Positions 18,800-27,708 of a stretch of 64,000 nucleotides of DNA are shown here, in pieces. How positions within the stretch are numbered: the stretch's first letter is position 1; each line of letters starts with the position of its first letter. Origin of the DNA: Bryobacterales bacterium (GTDB lineage: Bacteria > Acidobacteriota > Terriglobia > Bryobacterales > Bryobacteraceae); assembly GCA_038215275.1 (NCBI GenBank), contig JBBQRA010000003.1, positions 355 to 64,354 of the forward strand, read 5' to 3'. The position numbers were made by a program, and so were the translations under genes. The notes under the pieces were generated by a model. The model was given only the letters and a program-made list of their open reading frames with translations. It was not told the origin of the DNA and did no database searches.

Positions 18800-20116
18800 A
18801 TGAGCGACTATCTGTACACCCTTGAGAGCCACCTGAATTCCGCGCAGAGCCAGGCGCTGGCGGCCGTGCAAACCGCGGCCACCGAGGCCGGGCTGAATCT
18901 ATTCCTGGCGGGTGGCGCCTTGCGGGACATGATTGGGGGGTTCCCGATTCGTGATCTCGATTTTGTGGTGGAAGGCAACGCGAACGCTCTCGCCAAGGCC
19001 ATCGCCAAGAAAACCGGGGCGGAGATTCTGGCGACGGACCCACGCCGTAATAGTGCTGAACTGCTGTTTCCGCAGAACGTCCACATTGAGCTTTCGATGG
19101 CCCGGGAGGAAAAGTACGCGAAGTCGGGCGGGAAGCCGACGATCAGCCCGGCGACCATTTACGAAGACCTGAAGACTCGCGACTTCACGATCAACGCGAT
19201 TGCGATGTCGTTGAACCGGGCGTCGAAGGGGCTGCTGATCGACCCGAACAATGGATTAGGGGACCTGGAGCGGCGGGAATTGCGGACGGTTTCGAAGTAC
19301 ACGCTCTACGATGATCCGGTTCGGATTCTGCGGTTGATCCGGTTTGCCAAGCGGTTCCAGTTCACGATTGATGAGCGGACGCTGAGCCAGTACGAGAGCG
19401 TCCGGGATGCGAATTTGGACCGGAAGATTGGGGCCGAGGCGTTGCGGCGGGAGTTGCACAATATTGCGGACGAACCGACGAGCGCCGAAATTGTGAAGGA
19501 ACTCGACGACCAGGGACTTCTTACGCTGTTTTCCCCGGCGATGGTGGGCGACAAGGTGAATCATGCGGGGCTGCAGAAGCTGCAAAAGGCGCGGCAGAAT
19601 GTCCCGCTCGAGTTGAATCTGCCGGTGGAGAACATTGGACTTTTCCTGACCGTGCTCTGCGAGAAGTTGACACCGAAGGAGAAGGCTGGACTGAAGACCG
19701 CTTGCGCGCTTGACAAGCCGGCGATACAGGCATGGGAGCGGCTGGACACGCGGGCCAAGAAAGTAGCGGCGGAGTTAAAGTTGCCCAAGATGGCCAAGCC
19801 GTCAGTGCTGTATGCGACGGCGCAGAAGGCGCAGGGGGCGGAGTTGGTGTATCTGCTCTACAAGTCCACCGAACGCGCCGTACAGGACCGGATCAAGAAC
19901 TATGTGCAGAAGTATCTGCCGGCGGCGCTTGAGATTACGGACGAAGAGATTACCGAAGCAACTGGGATTGAACCGGGATCGCCGAAGTTTGAGAAGGCGA
20001 AGACGACGTTTACAGCCAAGCGGTTGGACGCGCGGCCGAAGAAGATTGTTGAGCCGGAACCTTTAGTGCCGCCGGCGCCGCAGCATCCGCCGCTCGTTTC
20101 GAGCGCGCGGCGCTAG
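18800..20116 (+). CDS. class II nucleotidyltransferase (CCA-adding / poly(A) polymerase head-domain family)
   Basis: GGALRDMIGG, DLDFVV, RDFTINA and PVRILRLIRF motifs. The C-terminal half is divergent. Confidence 0.72.
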   Translation: MSDYLYTLESHLNSAQSQALAAVQTAATEAGLNLFLAGGALRDMIGGFPIRDLDFVVEGNANALAKAIAKKTGAEILATDPRRNSAELLFPQNVHIELSMAREEKYAKSGGKPTISPATIYEDLKTRDFTINAIAMSLNRASKGLLIDPNNGLGDLERRELRTVSKYTLYDDPVRILRLIRFAKRFQFTIDERTLSQYESVRDANLDRKIGAEALRRELHNIADEPTSAEIVKELDDQGLLTLFSPAMVGDKVNHAGLQKLQKARQNVPLELNLPVENIGLFLTVLCEKLTPKEKAGLKTACALDKPAIQAWERLDTRAKKVAAELKLPKMAKPSVLYATAQKAQGAELVYLLYKSTERAVQDRIKNYVQKYLPAALEITDEEITEATGIEPGSPKFEKAKTTFTAKRLDARPKKIVEPEPLVPPAPQHPPLVSSARR

Positions 20117-20520
20117 ACGTCGAGAACCTGAAGGTATTCGCGAGCGCGCCTCGCATCGACCTGGGTTCCTTTCCAGACCTTTTCCGGCTTTTCGCAGGAG
20201 TCGAACAGCCGGAAAAGGGCGAGTTTGGCGACGCCGTAGCGTTCGTTTTCGGCGAGGCGCCGGCCGGACTCCTTTTCAAAGGGAGCTAGCGCAGAATCGG
20301 GCACGACGACGGCCACCCGCTGAGGGCTCTTCCGATTGGCGGTGACCGAGAAAACGAAGGCAGTCTCCCGGCCGCAGCAGTGGCGACCCTCAAAGAGGTA
20401 CTGGTAGACGTAGCCGCTTTCGGCCTGATAGGTTTTGGTGCGCTGGGAGACGGGTTGCGCGGGAGCGAGAAATTTGCGGGCGAACAGCCATCGTTTCAAC
20501 CGACCGAACATGTGTACCAT
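20113..20520 (-). CDS. hypothetical protein
   Basis: ORF with plausible starts at 20520 or 20511 (MVHMFGRLKRW). Divergent from the gene at 20529. No recognised motif. Confidence 0.4.
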   Translation of the reverse strand: MVHMFGRLKRWLFARKFLAPAQPVSQRTKTYQAESGYVYQYLFEGRHCCGRETAFVFSVTANRKSPQRVAVVVPDSALAPFEKESGRRLAENERYGVAKLALFRLFDSCEKPEKVWKGTQVDARRAREYLQVLDV

Positions 20521-20528
20521 GAGAACAG

Positions 20529-21434
20529 ATGCGCGCCGTTCTTGCCATATTTCTTGCGATGGCGGCCTTCGGGCAACCGCCGGCGACCGCTCCATCTCCG
20601 CTGGTGTACGCCGGCAAGCCGCTGCGCGTGGAAGCGGTCTGCACTGAGGACGATATCCAATCCCTGGGTTTAGGCTGCACCCCGGAAGAGCCTTGCGCTA
20701 TCTACCTGGAGCTGAGCGCGATCGAAACGGGGGCCAACCGGATTCTGGCCGCTGGTAACCTGCACACGGATACGGCGACGTTGTCGAGCGTTTTGCTGGC
20801 TAGCGAGGACGGTGGGGTGACCTGGACGGAGCCGCATCCGCGAATCAAGAATGGCAGCCTGGACCATGCGCAGTTCTTCGATCTGCAGACGGGTTGGATC
20901 TCGGGGCAAATCGTGGGGGCGCTGGCGCGGGATCCCTTTTTCCTGCTGACGACAGACGGGGGGAAGAGTTGGCGGCAGCGGACGGTGTTGAGCGAATCGG
21001 GACCGGGGTCGATTGAGCAGTTCGGGTTTGAGTCGGCGACAACAGGCACGGTTTTGGTGGATCGGGCGGCGGGAGCCGAGGGCGGGCGGTACGCGCTGCT
21101 GGAGACGCGGACTGGCGGGGAAAGCTGGTCGATCCGGTCGGTGGGCCGGGAGAAGCCGGATTTGCCGAACCGGCGGGTGGCGAATGCGGCGTGGCGACTG
21201 CAGCCGCACGCGCTGACGAAGTCGTACCGGGTGGAGCGGAAAGAGGCGAGCGGGAAGTGGATTCCGGTCGCAAGTTTTCTCGTGAGCGCGGGGCAGTGTA
21301 AGCCGAAGGAGACGGAGCTTCGGGAGCCGCCGCCGGAGGAACCCACGGCTGGACAACCGACGGATGCCGTCGGAGTTTTTCAAGTGGGCACGCCTAAGAA
21401 TGCCAAAAAAGCCACGCCTAAAAAGAAACCCTGA
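20529..21434 (+). CDS. secreted BNR/Ycf48-like beta-propeller repeat protein
   Basis: Signal peptide MRAVLAIFLAMAAFGQP. Repeated Asp-box-like DGGVTWTE, DGGKSWRQ and TGGESWSI. Confidence 0.58.
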   Translation: MRAVLAIFLAMAAFGQPPATAPSPLVYAGKPLRVEAVCTEDDIQSLGLGCTPEEPCAIYLELSAIETGANRILAAGNLHTDTATLSSVLLASEDGGVTWTEPHPRIKNGSLDHAQFFDLQTGWISGQIVGALARDPFFLLTTDGGKSWRQRTVLSESGPGSIEQFGFESATTGTVLVDRAAGAEGGRYALLETRTGGESWSIRSVGREKPDLPNRRVANAAWRLQPHALTKSYRVERKEASGKWIPVASFLVSAGQCKPKETELREPPPEEPTAGQPTDAVGVFQVGTPKNAKKATPKKKP

Positions 21435-23025
21435 ACCGGCGGCGCAGGACCCGATTGGACTCGAACTCTTCCGGCAACTGCTGGTTTCAATTGCCGAGGA
21501 GATGGGCATTCTGCTGCGCCGGACGGCGTTTTCGGCCAACATCAAGGAGCGCCGGGACTACTCGTGCGCGGTGTACGACGGCAGCGGGGAGACGGTGGCG
21601 ATGGGCGATCATATGCCGGTGCACCTGGGCGCGATGCCATTGAGCGTCCGCCACGCGATTGACGCCTGCCAGCCGGGACCGGGCGACATCGTGATTCTGA
21701 ACGATCCGTTTCGTGGGGGGACGCACCTGCCGGATATCACGGCCGTGGCGGCGGTGCTTGTGCCTGGTCAAATGGAGCCGGCGTTCTATGTTGCCAATCG
21801 CGCTCACCACGCCGATGTCGGGGGGATGAGCCCGGGTTCGATGCCGCTGGCGCGGGAGATTTACCAGGAAGGAATTCGGATCCCGCCGATCAAGCTGGTG
21901 CGAGGCGGGGCGATGGACGAGCCGCTGCTCGAGTTGCTGCTGGCGAACGTGCGGACACCGGAGGAACGGCGCGGCGATTTGACGGCGCAGTTGCGATCCC
22001 TAGAGCGGGGTGCGGAGCGGTGCCGGGAGTTGGTGGCGCGGCAGGGGTTGGCGGCGGTGCAGGAGCAGATGGCGGAGTTACAGGACTACGCGGAGCGGCG
22101 GATGCGGCATGCTTTGGTGGCGTTGCCGGATGGGCGATACGAGTTTGCCGATCAGTTGGACGAAGACGGGATCGGGGCGGAGCCGCTGATCGTAAAGGTG
22201 GCGATCACAATTGCGGGTGACCGGGCGCATGTCGACTTCACGGGGACGGCAAAGCAGACGACGGGCAGCGTGAACGCGAATTATGCGATTGCGGTTTCGG
22301 CGACGCTCTATGTGTTCCGGTGTTTGATTGCGGACGATGTTCCTTACAACGCGGGGTTGCTGCGGCCGATTTCGATTGATACGCCGGCGGGGACGCTGGT
22401 GAACGCCTTAGCGCCGGCGGCGATGGCGGCGGGGAATGTGGAGACCTCGCAGCGAATTACGGACGTGCTGTTGGGGGCCTTGGCGCAAGCGGCGCCGGAC
22501 CGGATTCCGGCGGCGAGTTCGGGGACAATGAACAACTTGAGTTTCGGCGGGGCGATGCCGGGTAGCGGAAAGCCGTTTGCGTACTACGAGACCATCGCGG
22601 GGGGCATGGGGGCGGGACCGCGGCATCCGGGGTGGTCGGCGACGCATACGCACATGACCAATTCATGGAACACGCCGGTGGAGGCGTTTGAACACCAGTA
22701 TCCGGTGCGGGTGACGGTTTATCGGCGACGGCACGGCAGCGGGGGAGGCGGCCGGCAGAGGGGCGGGGACGGGATTGTTCGCGAGCTGGAGTTTTTGACG
22801 GAGGCCGAGGTGACGATCTTGTCGGACCGGCGCGTGCGCGGGCCTTATGGATTGGCGGGTGGGGAAGCGGGGCAACCGGGCCGGAATCTGCTGAATGGAC
22901 GGCCACTGCCGGCGAAGTGCCGGTTTCCCGTAACAGCCGGGGACCGGCTGCGAATCGAGACGCCAGGAGGCGGCGGCTGGGGCGACGGGTCGGCTATTAT
23001 GGAGGGACTACCGATCGGGAGTTAG
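21400..23025 (+). CDS. hydantoinase B / oxoprolinase (HyuB) family protein
   Basis: DPIGLELFRQLLVSIAEEMG at the N-terminus, NDPFRGGTHLPDIT, ...GGGGWGD at the C-terminus. ATG at 21400 chosen (track start 21364). Confidence 0.85.
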   Translation: MPKKPRLKRNPEPAAQDPIGLELFRQLLVSIAEEMGILLRRTAFSANIKERRDYSCAVYDGSGETVAMGDHMPVHLGAMPLSVRHAIDACQPGPGDIVILNDPFRGGTHLPDITAVAAVLVPGQMEPAFYVANRAHHADVGGMSPGSMPLAREIYQEGIRIPPIKLVRGGAMDEPLLELLLANVRTPEERRGDLTAQLRSLERGAERCRELVARQGLAAVQEQMAELQDYAERRMRHALVALPDGRYEFADQLDEDGIGAEPLIVKVAITIAGDRAHVDFTGTAKQTTGSVNANYAIAVSATLYVFRCLIADDVPYNAGLLRPISIDTPAGTLVNALAPAAMAAGNVETSQRITDVLLGALAQAAPDRIPAASSGTMNNLSFGGAMPGSGKPFAYYETIAGGMGAGPRHPGWSATHTHMTNSWNTPVEAFEHQYPVRVTVYRRRHGSGGGGRQRGGDGIVRELEFLTEAEVTILSDRRVRGPYGLAGGEAGQPGRNLLNGRPLPAKCRFPVTAGDRLRIETPGGGGWGDGSAIMEGLPIGS

Positions 23026-23093
23026 CATTGTCCGCCGAAACGGAAACGGTTCCTATTCCAAAAACAAAACGCAATCAGGCCAAGGCGAATGTC

Positions 23094-23474
23094 ATGGTAG
23101 GCGGATGCACGGTACTCGGCGCGGCGGCGCAGATGCTGATCAAGCGAGGTCTTGTGAACCTCCCTCCATCCCCGGCGTCCCTTTCTTCGGGCCTGGAGCC
23201 ATGGGTCACGTTCGTCATGGGCATTGCGACGAACGTGCCGCTGGTGGCAGGTTTGTCGTGCTACGGACTTTCAACGGGTCTGCTGGTGCTGGCGCTGCGC
23301 TACGGTGAGCTTTCGGTGTTGTATCCGATTATCGCGCTGACATACGTTTGGGTTTCGATTCTCTCCGTCGCTCTGTTGGGCGAGACGATGAATGTGTTCA
23401 AGATCCTGGGATTGGCCGTGATTGTGATCGGTGTCACGGTACTGGGCAGGACAGGCTCGAAGGGTAAGGGATGA
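23094..23474 (+). CDS. half-size DMT/EamA-like (4-TM) membrane protein
   Basis: Hydrophobic protein of about 126 aa ending ...LGLAVIVIGVTVLGR, an EamA/SMR-like pattern. ATG at 23094 chosen. Confidence 0.6.
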   Translation: MVGGCTVLGAAAQMLIKRGLVNLPPSPASLSSGLEPWVTFVMGIATNVPLVAGLSCYGLSTGLLVLALRYGELSVLYPIIALTYVWVSILSVALLGETMNVFKILGLAVIVIGVTVLGRTGSKGKG

Positions 23475-23824
23475 AGACTCCGCTTACCTCTATTTTGTTG
23501 GTGATTCTGGCGTCTTTCATCGGGTCGTTTGGTGCGGTGTTCCTGAAAGCCGGGGCCGATAAGCTGGAGCGAAATCTGGTGCGGATCCTGCTGAATTGGC
23601 GGTTGATGGCTGGGGTGGCATTTTACCTGGCGTCGTTCGTCGTCTACACCATGGGCATCCGAAATGGGGAATTGACGATTCTCTACCCGATGGTCTCGAT
23701 GGGCTATCTATGGACCTTGCTGTGGGCTCGGATGATTTTCAATGAGCCTTTCACGCGGAACAAGTTTACGGGCATCGGGCTAATTCTCGGCGGAATTGTT
23801 ATCCTCAATCTCGGCAACCGCTAG
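23471..23824 (+). CDS. half-size DMT/EamA-like (4-TM) membrane protein, partner of the preceding ORF
   Basis: 117 aa, 4 predicted TM segments, ends ...GIGLILGGIVILNLG. ATGA overlap with the upstream ORF. Confidence 0.68.
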   Translation: MKTPLTSILLVILASFIGSFGAVFLKAGADKLERNLVRILLNWRLMAGVAFYLASFVVYTMGIRNGELTILYPMVSMGYLWTLLWARMIFNEPFTRNKFTGIGLILGGIVILNLGNR

Positions 23825-23833
23825 TCGCCAGTC

Positions 23834-24601
23834 ATGTCGGAGACAATCCCCATTCCCGGGTTTGAGCAGTTGACTGGCCGACCGTTTTCGTTTTATCCGC
23901 CGGTATTGAATATTGAGCATAACGAGTGGAAACTACTGGAGGCGACTTGGTCGGAGATCCTGGTCCATAACACGAAGATGGAGCTGGAAATCTGGGTTCC
24001 GCGGCGTTTCATCGGGCAGGTTTCGCAGATTGAGAAGCCGGTGATGATTGTCGGCTTAAGCAAAGAGCTGGAGTATAACGCCGGGATGATCCGCCCGCAC
24101 GAGAAGCGGGTATTGAATTTGCCGAAATCGCCGACCGGGCCGCCCCCTGCGGCGGCCAACACGATTCCGACGCCGGCGATGGTGGGCGGAGTCCGATTGA
24201 GCAGTGGGACCGAGAGCAAGATTGTCTGGTTGGTCGGTGGGGTGCTGGTGTTTGGCCTGTTGGCCGCGTTTGTCGGCGTTAAGCTGTCCCGGAACGACAA
24301 CGTCGAGTACCAGGCGGTCCTGCAGGAAGACCTGGGATTCAGCGCGCAGGACGATTATTTTGCGATTGTACGCAAGCTTGGGCAGCCCGGCAACGACCGA
24401 TGGAAAGATCCGGCAACCGAGATGCAGTACCGGGCGTTGACCTATCCCGACCGGCACTTTACGATAATTCTGATGGGAACCCAGCGCAATAATGCGCTCT
24501 ACATTGGCGCTATGAACGAAAATTGGCGGCCCGTACACACCGTGCCCCACGCAGGCCGCGGAAATACGCGCTCCCTGCTTGACCGGCTCAAGCGGTTCTG
24601 A
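23834..24601 (+). CDS. hypothetical single-pass membrane protein
   Basis: 255 aa with a central TM ([20 protein letters not shown]). No recognised motif. Confidence 0.45.
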   Translation: MSETIPIPGFEQLTGRPFSFYPPVLNIEHNEWKLLEATWSEILVHNTKMELEIWVPRRFIGQVSQIEKPVMIVGLSKELEYNAGMIRPHEKRVLNLPKSPTGPPPAAANTIPTPAMVGGVRLSSGTESKIVWLVGGVLVFGLLAAFVGVKLSRNDNVEYQAVLQEDLGFSAQDDYFAIVRKLGQPGNDRWKDPATEMQYRALTYPDRHFTIILMGTQRNNALYIGAMNENWRPVHTVPHAGRGNTRSLLDRLKRF

Positions 24602-24626
24602 GCAGCGCAACGATACACTGTTCAAG

Positions 24627-26648
24627 ATGAACAAATTGACTGGGAATGTCCTGGGCGGCCTCTGCGCCGTGGTGGGGGCATTCGCGCTGGCTGGGATCGC
24701 GCTGAACCGGGATGAGCCCGTGAACTCGATGTGGTTGGTGGTGGCCTCTGTTTGCGTGTACCTAACGGGATACCGATTCTACGCCAGTTGGATCGCAGCG
24801 AAGGTGATGACCCTGAACGACGAACGAGCCACACCGGCCGAACGTCTGCGAAATGGGCACGATTATGAGCCGACCAACAAATGGATCGTTTTCGGTCACC
24901 ATTTTGCGGCCATCGCGGGCCCAGGGCCGCTGGTCGGGCCCACATTGGCAGCACAGTTCGGCTATTTGCCGGGCACATTGTGGATCATTGCCGGGTGCGT
25001 GCTGGGCGGAGCGATTCAGGACTTTGTGGTACTGTTCTGTTCCGTGCGCCGGGATGGGAAATCATTGGGGCAGATGGCGCGGGAGGAGATCGGCAAGGTG
25101 GGCGGCATGACGGCGCTGATCACTGTGTTGCTGATCATGATTATTCTTCTGGCCGTGGTGGCGCTGGTGGTGGTGAACGCGCTGAACCATTCCCCGTGGG
25201 GCACGTTCACAATTGCCGCGACGATGCCGATCGCCATTTTCATGGGCTTGTACCTCCGCTACTTCCGGCCGGGCCGGGTGCTGGAAGTGTCGCTCATCGG
25301 TTTTTTGATGATTCTAGGCTCGATTTTCGCTGGTGAATGGGTGGCCAACTCGCCCACCTGGGCGCCGGTGTTCACGATTTCGGCGATTGGCTTGGCGTGG
25401 AGCGTGATTGCGTACGGCTTTGCGGCGAGCGCTTTGCCGGTGTGGCTGCTGCTGGCGCCGCGAGACTACCTCAGCACGTTCGTGAAGCTAGGCGTGGTTC
25501 TGCTGTTGGCTATTGGCATTCTGGTCGTCCAGCCGCAGATGCAAATGCCGGCGCTGTCGCGGTTCATCGACGGCACGGGGCCGGTGTTCGCCGGGAGTGT
25601 TTTCCCGTTTTGTTTCATTACGATCGCTTGCGGGGCGATCAGCGGGTTCCATTCGTTGATCAGTTCCGGCACAACGCCGAAGATGATTGCGAAAGAGAGC
25701 CATATCCTGCCCGTGGGCTACGGCAGCATGCTGCTGGAAGGCTTCGTCGGCATCATGGCGATGATCGCGGCCTGCGTACTGGAGCCGGGTGTGTATTTCG
25801 CTATAAACTCGCCGGCCGGCGTAGTGGGGGCGACGGCGGAGGCTGCGGTTTCCACCATTACCGGCTGGGGGTTTCCGGTGACGGCGGACACGATGGCGCA
25901 GCTGGCCAAGTCCGTCGGTGAGGAGAGCCTGTTTTACCGCACCGGCGGTGCTCCCTCGCTGGCGTTGGGCATGGCGCATATCTTCTCGAAGGGGGGAGGC
26001 GGCGAGGCGCTCCTCGGCTTCTGGTACCACTTCGCGATCATGTTTGAGGCGCTGTTTATCCTGACGGTAATCGACGCTGGGACCCGCGTGGGCCGGTTTA
26101 TGCTGCAGGATTTGCTGGGCCAAATCTACGCTCCGCTGGGGAGGACGAGTTGGATGCCGAGCGTGATTGGGTCGAGCGCGGCGATCGTGCTGAGCTGGGG
26201 ATACTTTTTGATCCAGGGCGTCCGCGATCCGCTCGGAGGCATCAATAGCCTTTGGCCGCTATTTGGTATTGCCAACCAGTTGTTGGCGATTATTGCGCTC
26301 TGCGTGTGCACGACGGTTCTTGTCAAGATGCATCGGGCGCGCTACATTTGGATCACTTTGCTACCGATGTGTTGCCTGATCACTGTGACGTTTACGGCAG
26401 CGTTGCAAAAGATATTTTCGCCTTCGCCCCGGATTGGCTTCTTGGCCGCCGCCGAGAACTCGACGAATCCCACGATCGTGTTTAACAATCAGCTCGACGC
26501 GGCCCTATGCGGACTCTTTCTCGTGCTGGTGACGACAATTCTCGTGGACTCGGGGCGGCAATGGATCGGCATTTTGCGTGGTAGCCGGGCCGCCAATAGC
26601 ATGGAGACCCCATTTGTCGCCTCGCAGTTGCGGGCGGAGGAGGTCTGA
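24627..26648 (+). CDS. cstA: carbon starvation protein A (peptide/pyruvate transporter family)
   Basis: Polytopic protein of about 670 aa with CstA-like blocks ([45 protein letters not shown]). ATG at 24627 chosen. Confidence 0.92.
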   Translation: MNKLTGNVLGGLCAVVGAFALAGIALNRDEPVNSMWLVVASVCVYLTGYRFYASWIAAKVMTLNDERATPAERLRNGHDYEPTNKWIVFGHHFAAIAGPGPLVGPTLAAQFGYLPGTLWIIAGCVLGGAIQDFVVLFCSVRRDGKSLGQMAREEIGKVGGMTALITVLLIMIILLAVVALVVVNALNHSPWGTFTIAATMPIAIFMGLYLRYFRPGRVLEVSLIGFLMILGSIFAGEWVANSPTWAPVFTISAIGLAWSVIAYGFAASALPVWLLLAPRDYLSTFVKLGVVLLLAIGILVVQPQMQMPALSRFIDGTGPVFAGSVFPFCFITIACGAISGFHSLISSGTTPKMIAKESHILPVGYGSMLLEGFVGIMAMIAACVLEPGVYFAINSPAGVVGATAEAAVSTITGWGFPVTADTMAQLAKSVGEESLFYRTGGAPSLALGMAHIFSKGGGGEALLGFWYHFAIMFEALFILTVIDAGTRVGRFMLQDLLGQIYAPLGRTSWMPSVIGSSAAIVLSWGYFLIQGVRDPLGGINSLWPLFGIANQLLAIIALCVCTTVLVKMHRARYIWITLLPMCCLITVTFTAALQKIFSPSPRIGFLAAAENSTNPTIVFNNQLDAALCGLFLVLVTTILVDSGRQWIGILRGSRAANSMETPFVASQLRAEEV

Positions 26649-26818
26649 TGCTGGGAAGGGTTTGGCGTAATGTGCTGGCGATTATCCGCGAGTTATCGGA
26701 CGAGAACGCCTATGCTCGCCATTTGGCGCACCACGGGTGCAACCACTCTCCACAGGAGTATCGCCGTTTCCAAGCCGAACATTTCGGCCGGAAGTATAAG
26801 CGGGCTCGTTGCTGCTAG
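26648..26818 (+). CDS. YbdD/YjiX-family small protein (CstA-associated, DUF466-like)
   Basis: Not in the ORF track (56 codons). Its ATG shares one base with the cstA TGA (TGATG). My translation is [56 protein letters not shown], which fits the family pattern and the known cstA-ybdD pairing. Confidence 0.75.
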   Translation: MLGRVWRNVLAIIRELSDENAYARHLAHHGCNHSPQEYRRFQAEHFGRKYKRARCC

Positions 26819-26834
26819 AGAGGAATTGTCGTTT

Positions 26835-26863
26835 GGGGGCCCTCGGAAAGCCGATCGGCCCCC
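26835..26863. terminator. GC-rich hairpin between convergent genes (possible bidirectional terminator)
   Basis: GGGGGCC (26835-26841) pairs with GGCCCCC (26857-26863) across a 15-nt loop. No clear U-tract on either strand. Confidence 0.3.
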
Positions 26864-26889
26864 GGATTCGGGAAGGAATAGAGCGGAAT

Positions 26890-27168
26890 TTAGGCGGTCA
26901 GGGGAACCCAGCAATAACCGTGTCGCAGGACGGTCTGAATTTCACCGCCCAAATTGAATAATTTCACTTTTCTGCGCAAACGCTGCACGTGAACATCCAA
27001 TGTGCGCGTCCGAACGCCTCCGGTGTAGCCCCAAATCGTTTGGAGCAGGAAATCCCGGGACAGGCAATTGCCCGCGTGCTGACGCAAAATCATCAGCAAC
27101 TCGGACTCTTTTCTCGTCAGATGGACGGAACCCAGGGTCTCAGGAAGCGTAGGTGTCGTTGTATCCAT
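26890..27168 (-). CDS. stand-alone OmpR/PhoB-type winged-helix DNA-binding protein (no receiver domain)
   Basis: LTRKESELLMILRQHAGNCLSRDFLLQTIWGY...RTLDVHVQRLRRKV......TVLRHGYCW matches the Trans_reg_C pattern. Only 92 aa. Confidence 0.8.
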   Translation of the reverse strand: MDTTTPTLPETLGSVHLTRKESELLMILRQHAGNCLSRDFLLQTIWGYTGGVRTRTLDVHVQRLRRKVKLFNLGGEIQTVLRHGYCWVPLTA

Positions 27169-27172
27169 GACA

Positions 27173-27208
27173 ATCTCCTCTATGCTTGTAACGAAAGGTA
27201 GAGGAGAT
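27173..27208 (-). promoter_or_regulatory. perfect 10-bp hairpin that sequesters the Shine-Dalgarno of the winged-helix gene
   Basis: Minus-strand RNA: AUCUCCUCUA-(16 nt)-UAGAGGAGAU-UGUC-AUG. The AGGAG of the 3' arm lies 6 nt upstream of the ATG at 27168. Confidence 0.6.
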
Positions 27209-27222
27209 CGGTTTCAAGTTTT

Positions 27223-27495
27223 CTACGCGGCTTGGATTTGAACCAGAGAGACGACTTTCTTGCTCGATATCGGGGCGACTTGGCCGTCGGCTTCGAGGTA
27301 GGCCCACTGGAAGTCGTGTTCATTGATCAGACAGTCGGCGTGAGAATACATCCGGCGAAAGGTCTGGCCCGCTTGTTCGGCGGTCATGCCTGGACAAACG
27401 GTGGCTACGGATCTGGCGGCGTGCGCTACGCACGAGCGGCAAGTAATGCCGTCAGTCCAGCATTGCTCCTGAAAGGAAGGGTGCATTCGGTCCAT
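27223..27495 (-). CDS. hypothetical small Cys-containing protein
   Basis: 87-90 aa (MDRMHPSFQEQCWTDGITCRSCVAHAARSVATVCPG...). The ATG at 27486 has better SD spacing (AGGAG about 9 nt upstream) than the one at 27495. No recognised family. Confidence 0.45.
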   Translation of the reverse strand: MDRMHPSFQEQCWTDGITCRSCVAHAARSVATVCPGMTAEQAGQTFRRMYSHADCLINEHDFQWAYLEADGQVAPISSKKVVSLVQIQAA

Positions 27496-27708
27496 GCTCC
27501 TGATGGTGTCCCAGAGGGGATGTACCTTTGTAAAGGATATTCCGCAGTTTCGGTACGGCGCGAGGGTGGACTACCCTTATGTTTGATGCGGGGCGGATTC
27601 CCCCCGTTCGCGATAATTAAGGATAGTACTTATGGATCTTCGCCCCGATTTCGTCAATCGGTAGTGGTCGACAAACGGATATACCCACATGGTGAGCACT
27701 CTTTGCCA

